Positions 50,423 to 58,744 of a stretch of DNA of 64,000 bases are shown here, piece after piece. The stretch is from IMG/VR virus record IMGVR_UViG_3300019487_000021. The stretch is one strand, 5' to 3'. Within the stretch, counting starts at the first letter, position 1. Each line of letters opens with the position of its first letter. The DNA is from a virus. Taxonomy: Duplodnaviria; Heunggongvirae; Uroviricota; Caudoviricetes. The position numbers and the translations under genes are program-made. Under the pieces are notes generated by a model. That model was not told the DNA's origin, made no database searches, and was given only the letters and a program-made list of their open reading frames with translations.

Positions 50423-51232
50423 GGAGTAAACATGGCAACAGCAACGTACGATTTCGAGCCTGGTCAATCAGTTTGGTGTATCACAAGCCAACCACCATAT
50501 GTTCTCCAGGCTGTCGTCAAGAAAGTAACGATTACAGCGGTTCTTCCAACAGTTGCCCCGACAACCCAGTACGAAGTTCAGTATACAGGCTCTCCAATCT
50601 CTGGCAGCGATGTCATTCCTGAAGGAAATATCTTCGGTGATGTTGACACAGCATTGACAGAATATCGTGCAAGAATTACGAATCCACAAGGACAATAAAT
50701 GAAACGTTTTCTATTGGTCGTGTTACTTGGTGTCGTTGGTTACGTAGCAACAAGTTGGCTTGCGGTACAAGCGGCTCCTTTTCATCAACCCGTGTGTGAA
50801 CACGAAGTAATTGCCCAATATCGTCACGTGGAAAAGTCCTCTTGGATCGAAATTGTTGACGTCGCCGAATCAATTGGTCAAATTACGAAGGAACATGCTC
50901 AGTCACTTCGTGCGATCATTGAAGAAGCGTATCTAATCGATCGAAACGATCGTACTGGTTTGACAGAATGGGTCGTAAGGAACTGCGGAGTCAAGAGTGA
51001 GACTTGATGAGCTTATTCAACAGCCGAACCCAAAGGATCTTTTGGCTCAGGCGGTGATTAAGCGTTTGTCAGCCGAAGATTTGAACTACACTACTGATGA
51101 TGCTCTGCATAGTCGCATTGAAGCACTTATGTCCGAGCTCGCCCCTTACTATGGACAATCATCCGGACCATCGCTTGATGATGTGTATCATCAAGTAATG
51201 CAATGGTACGTATCTCAAAAACCATTTTAATC

Positions 51233-51781
51233 ATGAAACTATCCGAATTCCTTTACGAAGACACTCCAACATTTGTTGTGTATAAGGTGTCATCGCCAAA
51301 CACCGACAAGGTGTACTATGGCTACAGCCAAGACGAAGACGTTAAGAAGAATTTCTTCTCGCATGCCGACGAGGGCGACCCAGATCGCGGCGATGTTAGA
51401 ATGATCTACGCAGCAGGCGGTAAAGAGAATCTTGAATTCTCAGTCGTTGACGTGGCAATGGATGAACAGGAGGCGTTTGAAAAACGCAACACAGAACGTG
51501 ATCACGACGCTATGTCAATTACGCCATCATCACAATTCCCAGGTCGTTTGTATCGTCGTACACAAGAAACAAACCCAGCTTTGATTGCACAGTGGAAGAG
51601 TCTTGCTCAACTGAAGAAGATGACGGGCCGTCAAGCAATGTCTCATCCTGATTCAGGATACAAGCACGCCGACCTTCAGAAGCTTGTTGCTACAGATCCA
51701 TTAAAGCGAGCTAGCATGATGCAGGATCTCGACGCGCTTTCTCATTCAGCATTCAAAGCGAAATACTTCGGACAAGCATGA
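51233..51781 (+). CDS. hypothetical protein
   Basis: ORF. Confidence 0.4.
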   Translation: MKLSEFLYEDTPTFVVYKVSSPNTDKVYYGYSQDEDVKKNFFSHADEGDPDRGDVRMIYAAGGKENLEFSVVDVAMDEQEAFEKRNTERDHDAMSITPSSQFPGRLYRRTQETNPALIAQWKSLAQLKKMTGRQAMSHPDSGYKHADLQKLVATDPLKRASMMQDLDALSHSAFKAKYFGQA

Positions 51782-52244
51782 TGGAGATGTTACGCATTTT
51801 TGAAGCAAGCATGTTTGTCAAGGGCACAAACTGTGCAAATTGTAAGTACGGTGACACAGATCGATCTAAGCCTCTTGCGAAGGAAGAACAGAACGGTCAA
51901 GGCGGTTTAGATCCCACTGGAAAAGATCTTACTCTAGCTGAGAAAGGTGACTTGATTACGCTTCCTGGCAAATCAACAGCTACAAAGAAATTCCCATGCA
52001 CACACTCTGAGATCAAACAGGACGTCACAGAACGTATGTGTTGTGCTTATTGGGATGCTGACGGGTCCATTAGAGCATGGAAGTAAGCAAATAAAACACT
52101 TTCTAGTGGCTGTTAAGACGGTTTTTCGTGTACAACGTCCCTTTTACTGACCGTTAAACAATTCTGTTGATTTTCGAAATGAAACCATATATAGTGTACA
52201 AGTTGTTTTTGAAATCGTGGTTCGATTCCAAGAAACGACACGAT

Positions 52245-52323
52245 GCGATTGTAGCTCAGCGCCAGAGCGCCCCGCCTTCGCCGGAGGGGAGGCCGTGTGG
52301 TTTAAGTCCCGCCAATCGCTCCA
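52245..52323 (+). ncRNA. tRNA-like RNA: perfect tRNA 5' half and acceptor 3' strand plus CCA, but no canonical T-arm
   Basis: GCGATTG-TA-GCTC-AGCGCCA-GAGC, then CCCCGCC-TTCG-CCGGAGGGG helix, then CAATCGC-T-CCA. Upstream at 52214-52232 is a T-loop-like GGTTCGATTCC. Confidence 0.45.
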
Positions 52324-52328
52324 ATTTT

Positions 52329-52378
52329 GCTGCTTCGGTTTCGAAGCAGCCTACGGTGGAACAGGTGCGCCTGTTCCC
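52329..52378 (+). promoter_or_regulatory. two perfect hairpins immediately 3' of the tRNA-like RNA
   Basis: GCTGCTTCG-gtt-CGAAGCAGC and GGAACAGG-tgcg-CCTGTTCC. Confidence 0.6.
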
Positions 52379-52396
52379 TACTCAAAGGAGATAAAG

Positions 52397-52468
52397 ATGT
52401 TTGCAGTCATTACGATCAATGCGACAACCAATGCGGTGAAAAATCCGCAGGGGGGACTTGCGTCGTAG
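52397..52468 (+). CDS. 23-codon micro-ORF (MFAVITINATTNAVKNPQGGLAS)
   Basis: RBS AAGGAG seven nt upstream; followed by a terminator. Confidence 0.35.
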   Translation: MFAVITINATTNAVKNPQGGLAS

Positions 52469-52489
52469 GCTAACAAAGGTAAACGACAA

Positions 52490-52526
52490 AAGCTCTCCTG
52501 GGAAACCTTGAGAGCTTTTTTCTTTT
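52490..52526 (+). terminator. rho-independent terminator
   Basis: AAGCTCTC...GAGAGCTT followed by TTTTTCTTTT. Confidence 0.6.
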
Positions 52527-52555
52527 CCGGGTTCCAAAACGTGAATGGAGAAGAT

Positions 52556-52975
52556 ATGGGACGACGAGCACTACCACCAGAAGAGAGACGAAAACGGATT
52601 GTAGCCTACACAAATAAGTGGGCAAAGAACAATCCCGAGAAAGTCAAGAAGCATCGACAAAGTCCGATGCGAGCTCGCATCGGTGGTATACGAAGTCGTG
52701 CAAAGCGTAAAGGATTAGAGTTTGATTTAACGGAGAAATTTTTAATTGAGTTGTCGGAACGAACATTGATATGTCCCCTAACAGACATTCCTCTTCGGTA
52801 CGACAATCAAAATCGTCTTGCAGATGATCACGCTGAATTGGATCGAAAAGATAACACGAAAGGCTACATCAAGGATAATGTGTGGTTCATAAGCAAGCGT
52901 GCTAATCGGATCAAAACAGACTCGACACCTGACGAGATGATTCAAGTAGCACAACGATTGAAGCAACTTTTATAA
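52556..52975 (+). CDS. HNH-family endonuclease-like protein
   Basis: RBS GGAGAAG; ICPLTDIPL...HAELDRKDNTKGYIKDNVWFISKRANRIK. Confidence 0.5.
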   Translation: MGRRALPPEERRKRIVAYTNKWAKNNPEKVKKHRQSPMRARIGGIRSRAKRKGLEFDLTEKFLIELSERTLICPLTDIPLRYDNQNRLADDHAELDRKDNTKGYIKDNVWFISKRANRIKTDSTPDEMIQVAQRLKQLL

Positions 52976-53069
52976 TACGTGTGATGAGAAACGAGGTCTC
53001 ACTGGACACGTAAACTCCAGTTTAACGGGCGGCACTAGGGATGAATTGGTTCAGTAAAATCTAGTCATT

Positions 53070-53141
53070 GGGTTCATGATGTAACGGCTAGCATAGGAGG
53101 CTTTTACCCTCTCTGTCAGAGTTCGAATCTCTGTGAACCTA
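53070..53141 (+). tRNA. tRNA-Lys (anticodon UUU)
   Basis: Acceptor GGGTTCA/TGAACCT, D-arm ATGT..GCAT, anticodon arm GGAGG-CTTTTAC-CCTCT, T-arm CAGAG-TTCGAAT-CTCTG. Confidence 0.8.
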
Positions 53142-53487
53142 CTTAGGATTTTACAGAATGACAAGTTTACTTGGTTCCACGACTAACCAAACATTAAACT
53201 GTCTTAGCCTTAGCAACCAAGTCACATGCGGCACAGCCGCCCCCCAGAAGGTCAAGTTACTTGGTGGACCAAATCGATGTTGTAATCGATGTATTATTAC
53301 CTTGTGCATAGTCGGTGACGTAATAGAAGCGCCATATTGACCACCCAAGTGACCACCCAAGGTATGATGGTCGAGCGGAAGGTGAAGATAATCAGCGAGA
53401 TCTGCTGCGAAGTCACCGAGACTATCCAAATCACCTAGGTCGTTTGTAATTTCGAAAAGTTTCATGTAGTTATTTAGTGTTCTTTGT

Positions 53488-53550
53488 TCCGGGAGAGGCG
53501 TCGTGGTGACAGCCGCGATGACGGTGGTTCAAATCCAGCCGCCAGGACCA
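53488..53550 (+). pseudogene. degenerate tRNA paralogue (cannot form an acceptor stem)
   Basis: Shares GGGAGAGGCG with the adjacent tRNA-Asn and has the T-loop-like GGTGGTTCAAATCCAGCC, but no complementary 3' acceptor strand. Confidence 0.45.
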
Positions 53551-53552
53551 AT

Positions 53553-53630
53553 TGTGGGAGAGGCGCCAGGGTGGCAACCGCTCCGCTGTTAACGGAGACT
53601 AGACAGGTTCGATTCCTGTTCCCACAGCCA
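53553..53630 (+). tRNA. tRNA-Asn (anticodon GUU), irregular D region
   Basis: Acceptor TGTGGGA/TCCCACA, anticodon arm CTCCG-CTGTTAA-CGGAG, T-arm ACAGG-TTCGATT-CCTGT, G plus CCA. Confidence 0.65.
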
Positions 53631-53812
53631 TATTTTATGGCTCCTAATTTCAATAGGAGCCATATTGGAGTACGAAGACAGGTCGAAAACGAAAGTATCA
53701 TGGGAATATTTATAAGAGCCTATGCTCGCGGCCCATTGATACTTCGCGTTGTGGTTGCCGACTGCAGGTTTGTTCACATTCATGAGTGGCTCCTTGAAGA
53801 ACGCACCTTACC

Positions 53813-54052
53813 CTAGTTATCTTGATTTGGCAACTTGAATGAGATATCGTATGATGCAAACGAAGCACGAATCCGCTCCAGCGCCTCGGAGGGCCAGTCT
53901 TTTGTTGCTTGTTCCAAAGCGATGGCTAGCCGGGCTAACTTAAGCCCACTGCACCTTGCTTTCTCTATCTCGTTTTGAATGCAATTCGGATGGTTGCACT
54001 CACGGATATTGTTGACGGCAGTAGCGATCAGCACGTCGAACCATCTTTCCAT
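53813..54052 (-). CDS. small hypothetical protein
   Basis: Minus-strand ATG preceded by GGGAGGTGTCG. Confidence 0.45.
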   Translation of the reverse strand: MERWFDVLIATAVNNIRECNHPNCIQNEIEKARCSGLKLARLAIALEQATKDWPSEALERIRASFASYDISFKLPNQDN

Positions 54053-54087
54053 CGACACCTCCCGCGGAAACCCACGAGAGGTATTTA

Positions 54088-54180
54088 GGGTTATTCTTCG
54101 GAATCGCGATAAAGAGCATCGAACGTTTTGTCGTCGAACGTTTAATCAGGTTGATCAGGGTTCGAGTCCCTGGCGACCCA
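54088..54180 (+). ncRNA. tRNA-like remnant (T-arm plus acceptor-like 3' end; 5' part does not fold)
   Basis: CAGGG-TTCGAGT-CCCTG then GCGACCC-A. Candidate 5' strand GGGTTAT lies 93 nt upstream. Internal direct repeats CGAACGTTT x2 and ATCAGG x2. Confidence 0.3.
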
Positions 54181-54279
54181 CAACTCGAGGAGATGCAATA
54201 AATAATGATATGATACTCCAAGAAATTTTCCAACAAATCAGTGATGTGTGGGCTAATTGGAAACGTAAGTGTCCGTTTT

Positions 54280-54351
54280 GCTCCAACGGCGCAGAGGAAG
54301 CGCACTCGCTTGGTAAGCGAGCGGTCCTAAGTTCGAGTCTTAGTTGGAGCA
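54280..54351 (+). tRNA. tRNA-Thr (anticodon GGU)
   Basis: GCTCCAA/TTGGAGC, D GCGC..GCGC, CTCGC-TTGGTAA-GCGAG, CTAAG-TTCGAGT-CTTAG. Confidence 0.75.
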
Positions 54352-54445
54352 CATACAATGCTTGGATAGTTCAGTCTGCTTTACTGCCCCCTGGGTTTGG
54401 TTGGATTGATACGTTTTTCACCTCACCCGCGGAGCAAAGATTTAT

Positions 54446-54522
54446 CCTAGAGTAGTTCAGCCTGGCAGAACGCTCGCCCGATTAGCGAGATGTCGGTGGT
54501 TCAAATCCATCCTCTAGGACCA
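54446..54522 (+). tRNA. tRNA with anticodon loop CCGAUUA (GAU/Ile if canonical positions; C33 unusual)
   Basis: CCTAGAG/CTCTAGG, D GTTC..GAAC, CTCGC-CCGATTA-GCGAG, GGTGG-TTCAAAT-CCATC, A plus CCA. Confidence 0.6.
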
Positions 54523-54531
54523 AGATTCAAT

Positions 54532-54604
54532 TGTTCCGTATTTTAATTGGCAGACTGCATGCTTGATAGGCGTGTCGGTGTAGGTTCGAGTCCTACCGGA
54601 ACAA
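54532..54604 (+). tRNA. tRNA, anticodon loop UUGAUAG (GAU/Ile?), irregular D-arm
   Basis: TGTTCCG/CGGAACA, CATGC-TTGATAG-GCGTG, GTAGG-TTCGAGT-CCTAC. Confidence 0.5.
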
Positions 54605-54722
54605 CATAAATACAAGTTTATGGTAGTGAAAATTTTGTAAAGGAAATTCTCAAGATGTTTGGATGGACACTACAGGTGGTCCGAGATCACGAAGCTCGGC
54701 ATCGGCAAGAACATCCACCAAC

Positions 54723-54796
54723 GGACCGCAAGCATTAAGGTGATGCAGTAGGCTCTTAACCTACAGAACACGGGCCAGTACCGTGGCGGTCTACCA
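54723..54796 (+). tRNA. tRNA-Lys (anticodon CUU) with a non-canonical T-loop GCCAGUA
   Basis: GGACCGC/GCGGTCT, D GCAT..ATGC, GTAGG-CTCTTAA-CCTAC, CACGG-GCCAGTA-CCGTG, A plus CCA. Confidence 0.6.
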
Positions 54797-54804
54797 AAAT
54801 TCTT

Positions 54805-54879
54805 GCTTCGTAAACTTTGACGGTGAAGCCCACTCCTGTAAAGTGGCGGAAGTAGGTTCGAATCCTACACGGAGCTCCA
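54805..54879 (+). tRNA. tRNA-Thr (anticodon UGU; C33)
   Basis: GCTTCGT/ACGGAGC, CCACT-CCTGTAA-AGTGG, GTAGG-TTCGAAT-CCTAC, T plus CCA. Confidence 0.6.
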
Positions 54880-54979
54880 AGTTGTTGCGAAGGACACTAC
54901 GGTTACTTCATTCACTTTGCGTAATGGCTGGAGGCGGAAGCCTCCGTTTCCGTATCCGACTTTTAACTCAACTTTGATT

Positions 54980-55057
54980 GGGGCATTAGCTCAGCTTTGG
55001 GAGAGCGCTACGTTTGCACCGTAGAGGTCGTCGGTTCGATCCCGACATGCTCCACCA
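54980..55057 (+). tRNA. tRNA-Ala (anticodon UGC)
   Basis: GGGGCAT/ATGCTCC, D GCTC..GAGC, CTACG-TTTGCAC-CGTAG, GTCGG-TTCGATC-CCGAC, A plus CCA. Confidence 0.8.
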
Positions 55058-55572
55058 ATCTAAACAAGGAGACGACCATGCTTAAGGAAGGAGTTTGCAG
55101 CAATTTGTGACTAACACAGATGAATCTGGTCGTTTCATGTGATGTTGGACGAAGTAACTATGTGTGGGATAATGTTTCATTTTGGAGAATGAACCATGTA
55201 TAACCAATGTGTATCATTGCTTTTGTGCTTGTTCGGTTCATCAGTAGCACGCTATTGCTGTGTCACTGGATGACAGAGAAAGGATGGCTTAAACCATCGT
55301 AACATCTCAACGAACTGGTCGTAGATAGTCGTAGATACTCGTAGATACTCAATTCGTAAAAGTGAAGCCTGGATCTTTCTCGACAAGAAAGACACGGGCT
55401 ACATCTTTTGTGACGAGACGGACAACTTCCCACGAGCGCTTGTGGTTGATCTTGCCCACACTCTGTTTCACATGATACGAAAGGATAATCGTTTCAATGA
55501 ACCTGATGATGTTTTGAGAGCACTTGCTCGTGCTCGTTTGCAAGATCAAGCTGTAAACATCATCGACAATTT

Positions 55573-55646
55573 GCTCCCATAGTTCAGTGGTAGAATGCGA
55601 TCTTGGTAGGATTGAGACACAGGTTTGATTCCTGTTAGGAGCACCA
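55573..55646 (+). tRNA. tRNA-Thr (anticodon GGU), second copy
   Basis: GCTCCCA/TAGGAGC (one mismatch), CGATC-TTGGTAG-GATTG, ACAGG-TTTGATT-CCTGT, A plus CCA. Confidence 0.6.
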
Positions 55647-55810
55647 TGAAAGTAATCGAGCCAGGCCACGTGTATGAACTCCAACACCTTGAGAGTGAAG
55701 GCGTTGAACGTTTGACGTTTATCAAACGATCGTCAGGTGCAGTTGACTATGGCGATCAAGAAGTGAATACGAAATTGAACTTCTTCCGACTGGTCGGGAC
55801 GGACATGTGA
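55646..55810 (+). CDS. small hypothetical protein (54 aa)
   Basis: ATG overlaps the tRNA CCA end; RBS AGGAG lies inside the tRNA 3' end. Confidence 0.35.
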   Translation: MKVIEPGHVYELQHLESEGVERLTFIKRSSGAVDYGDQEVNTKLNFFRLVGTDM

Positions 55811-55814
55811 TTGT

Positions 55815-56030
55815 ATGACACTCAAAGAAAAGATTGCAATGTACGAGGGGCTGCTTCACGACATCCAAATGTATCGTGAGGTTACGCTTGACGGCGAGAA
55901 AGTGAAACAGCTGCTCGATAACATTGGCGCTTGGAGTTACGCGCATCGTGTTGGCAATGGAATGCTAACAGATCGCCAACAGAAGCGGTTGATTACTGCT
56001 AAGTTCAAAAAGTTGCGAGAAGTGACCTAA
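55815..56030 (+). CDS. hypothetical protein
   Basis: ORF. Confidence 0.4.
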   Translation: MTLKEKIAMYEGLLHDIQMYREVTLDGEKVKQLLDNIGAWSYAHRVGNGMLTDRQQKRLITAKFKKLREVT

Positions 56031-56059
56031 GTGATTTTTCCACGATAGAGGTATCGAAA

Positions 56060-56410
56060 ATGGCAAAGTTTAACCGCAGTAAGATTCAGGTGTATCAGTA
56101 TGATCATCTTTCAACATCAGATTTTGAGAGCATCTCTCTGGATGATATGATCGCAAAGTTGCAGAAGCTTCGCGATAGGCATGGCGGCGAAGGTAGGTTC
56201 AATCTTGAGATTGAGTATTACGACAACACCGACGTCAAAATTGAGGTGTCATCCTATCGAGAAGAAACAGACGAGGAACTCTTGCATCGCGTGACGGTGC
56301 ACAAGGCTTTAGAAAAGCACAAGCGTGATGATGCGAAGGCGCGTAAGGCCTTCCGTGAGGAACACGATCGTAAGGAATTTGAGCGTCTTTCGAAGAAGTT
56401 CGGAAAATAA
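56060..56410 (+). CDS. hypothetical protein
   Basis: RBS GAGGTATCGAAA. Confidence 0.45.
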   Translation: MAKFNRSKIQVYQYDHLSTSDFESISLDDMIAKLQKLRDRHGGEGRFNLEIEYYDNTDVKIEVSSYREETDEELLHRVTVHKALEKHKRDDAKARKAFREEHDRKEFERLSKKFGK

Positions 56411-56415
56411 TTAAC

Positions 56416-56489
56416 GGGTCTGTGATGTAATGGTAGCCTGCGGCTCTTACAAGGCTGATGCGACAGTTCGATTCTGTCCGGACCTACCA
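56416..56489 (+). tRNA. tRNA-Val (anticodon UAC), irregular D-arm
   Basis: GGGTCTG/CGGACCT (two GU pairs), CGGCT-CTTACAA-GGCTG, GACAG-TTCGATT-CTGTC, A plus CCA. Confidence 0.5.
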
Positions 56490-56499
56490 TGGAGGTTGT

Positions 56500-56652
56500 A
56501 TGCGCGATGACCGAGACTTTCCTTTGCTACTCACTTGCTGGGATCTGAATCAGCAGCGCGAAGTAGATTACGTGCCGTACATACGGTGGTGTTCCCACAT
56601 CATTCTCTTTGTCGGCAACCAGTGGTACCGTCTGGACAAATCTGCTCTGTAG
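56500..56652 (+). CDS. small hypothetical protein
   Basis: RBS GGAGG. Confidence 0.35.
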   Translation: MRDDRDFPLLLTCWDLNQQREVDYVPYIRWCSHIILFVGNQWYRLDKSAL

Positions 56653-56653
56653 T

Positions 56654-56727
56654 GCCCCTTTAGTTTAGTGGTAGAACACAACTCTCGTAAAGTTGGGACG
56701 TCAGTTCGATTCTGACATGGGGCTCCA
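56654..56727 (+). tRNA. tRNA-Thr (anticodon CGU)
   Basis: GCCCCTT/ATGGGGC (one mismatch), GTTT..GAAC, CAACT-CTCGTAA-AGTTG, GTCAG-TTCGATT-CTGAC, T plus CCA. Confidence 0.65.
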
Positions 56728-56829
56728 ACTTGTATGCACAATACACCACTTCAATTAAAGCGTCAATATCTGTTGCCCCTAAAGAAAGAATATAAGACAA
56801 TGCTCTCTTTCGTATGAAAGGAGATAACA

Positions 56830-57099
56830 ATGCCACAAATCAAACAAGAATGTGAACATTGCGGTGGTACTGGACTTTACAGCGGCTTTGCTGAACCGAG
56901 GGGAACGGCGGTCGTTTGTTTAGGATGTACAGGTCGTGGTTGGAACATTCTCACATACAAAGAGTTTACGCACCGGAAGCACAAAAAGGGAATCAAAACG
57001 ATTTCGATTTCCCGTGGTGGATTTTTGGCATCAGGTGTTGGAGCTGTTCCCAAAACAGAAATGACGTACGAAGAGTTTGAAAAGAAATATCCGAGTTGA
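56830..57099 (+). CDS. hypothetical Cys-containing protein
   Basis: RBS AAAGGAGATAACA; CEHCGGTG...CLGCTGRG. Confidence 0.45.
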   Translation: MPQIKQECEHCGGTGLYSGFAEPRGTAVVCLGCTGRGWNILTYKEFTHRKHKKGIKTISISRGGFLASGVGAVPKTEMTYEEFEKKYPS

Positions 57100-57187
57100 C
57101 TTTCTGACCCTTTTGTTAGAAGGTGTTGGTTGACCACGATGAGGTCGCCCAGTGGGCTATCAGTGATGAGTAGCGTGTCAGGACAAT

Positions 57188-57442
57188 ATGCCCGTGCCTG
57201 ACTATAAAATTCTGTTTGAAGTGACGGGGAATGTAGATATGTTTGAAGTGGCCAAGAAAGCGAAACTTGAATTATTGCTCGAGGATTTGCGTGATCTTCG
57301 AAAAGAGTGGCTCGATGCCACCCACGGAGCCTATTACGGCGAAAGTGCCGAAGAAGCTTCACAGGAAGAAGGCCGAATCAGTGGTAAGATTTCATGTGCT
57401 GATGATCACGATTATTTAATCGAGAAGTATGGCACGAAGTAA
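57188..57442 (+). CDS. hypothetical protein whose 5' end contains a 31-nt exact copy of the release-factor gene
   Basis: tgtttgaagtgacggggaatgtagatatgtt at 57213-57243 is identical to 3779-3809. Confidence 0.35.
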   Translation: MPVPDYKILFEVTGNVDMFEVAKKAKLELLLEDLRDLRKEWLDATHGAYYGESAEEASQEEGRISGKISCADDHDYLIEKYGTK

Positions 57443-57761
57443 CACGAGAGCAGCAACTGGCACTCGAGCCGATCGATACTGCTTGATGCATCAGGTAAGT
57501 CGGTCGGAGAACTTGGAGGTAAGCTCAGCCGCTCAGGGTGACCCGAAAAGGGTGGAGCCGTGACAACAGAGCCGACGCAGCACGGCAGCGTTAGACGTCT
57601 TGGAATAGCATTGGCTTCTGAGAACGTGACGGATTTGATCCCTGCTAGTGCTTTAAGGGCGTACCCAGTACCGCGAGAAGAGTACAGGCATAGAGACCCG
57701 GCTATGACACTTAAATGCAAGGCCTCGGTCGTCCGGTCGACCGAGTTCCAAAAAGGAACAC

Positions 57762-57995
57762 ATGATTTACGTGATTTACTGGACTGAAACCACAGATGGA
57801 CAGTCCGTTCCATGTTCCGAAGGAACAGACGATCTTACGGAAGCACTCAAGATCGCGGAACAGCAACGCAAGATTCAATATGCTGGGGGTAACGTTTCGC
57901 ACGTCACACTCACCAGCGAAAATCCAAACAGTGTTGGAAAATCCGGTGTTGATGTAGTAGGATTTGACTACAACTGGAAAAAGAGACGACCGTGA
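57762..57995 (+). CDS. hypothetical protein
   Basis: RBS AAAGGAACAC. Confidence 0.4.
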   Translation: MIYVIYWTETTDGQSVPCSEGTDDLTEALKIAEQQRKIQYAGGNVSHVTLTSENPNSVGKSGVDVVGFDYNWKKRRP

Positions 57996-58744
57996 ACATA
58001 ACGTACGCTTTACAGCCTCTACCAAAGTCAATCTTCTTGGCAGGTCCGACGCCGAGAAGTGAAGATATTACTTCATGGCGTCCTATAATCTTCATCTTCG
58101 GCGGCGTTGCCAACGCAGGTGTCGAGGGAACGTCGTACTTCAAATGTTAGAGCGAGACGGGGCTAAAAATGAAAGAGATGTGGCTAAATGAAAGAGATGT
58201 GGGAAATCTTAGTGCCGACGCTTCACGCAAACGGGAAGCCGATTAAGACCCGCTATCACAAAGTGTGGGATAAGAAAGTGATTGAGATCACTGGCGGTCT
58301 CACTGTGTTAACAGTTGAGGAGCCTGACCTGTGAAGCGTGTGACATTTGCAAAGAACGGCCCAGGAGTAGTCTTTCATGTATGGGAAGTGGATAATGAAA
58401 GACCAACTGTCTGGCGAGATGGTGATCGGTACCACTTCAACTCAGAATTGATAGGCGTGTACAACTTTACTCATAGAGACCTTGCCGGCTTGTTACAAGG
58501 GGTTAAATGATCGTTCCCGAACGAGCACTTGTTCAAGTGGTCAGCAGCATTCATCAGTAGCTCGGCAGTAGAGCAGGAACTTAATTTATGACGAATCGTG
58601 AACGGATTATAATTTCATGTACTATGTTGTGGTCTTTTCACAACAGCATTGGTATAAAAACATGAAGTTCGTATCGATTCAGATCATTCAACGTCGGTCT
58701 GCTAAGCCTCCTGATGTGCCGGTTGAAATCATCAAGGGGTGATA

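Noticed and set aside
54358-54440. Possible tRNA between tRNA-Thr and the next tRNA (D-arm-like TAGTTCAGT)
   Set aside because: No acceptor pairing or T-arm could be found on either strand; treated as a spacer.
53484-54455. Plus-strand ORFs 53484-53816 and 53979-54455
   Set aside because: They lie across tRNA genes and tRNA-like elements. Amino-acid strings such as GFEP/SNPA are the usual translation artefacts of tRNA T-arms.
54656-54739. 27-codon ORF with RBS upstream of tRNA-Lys(CUU)
   Set aside because: It overlaps the tRNA 5' end and is too short, with no support.
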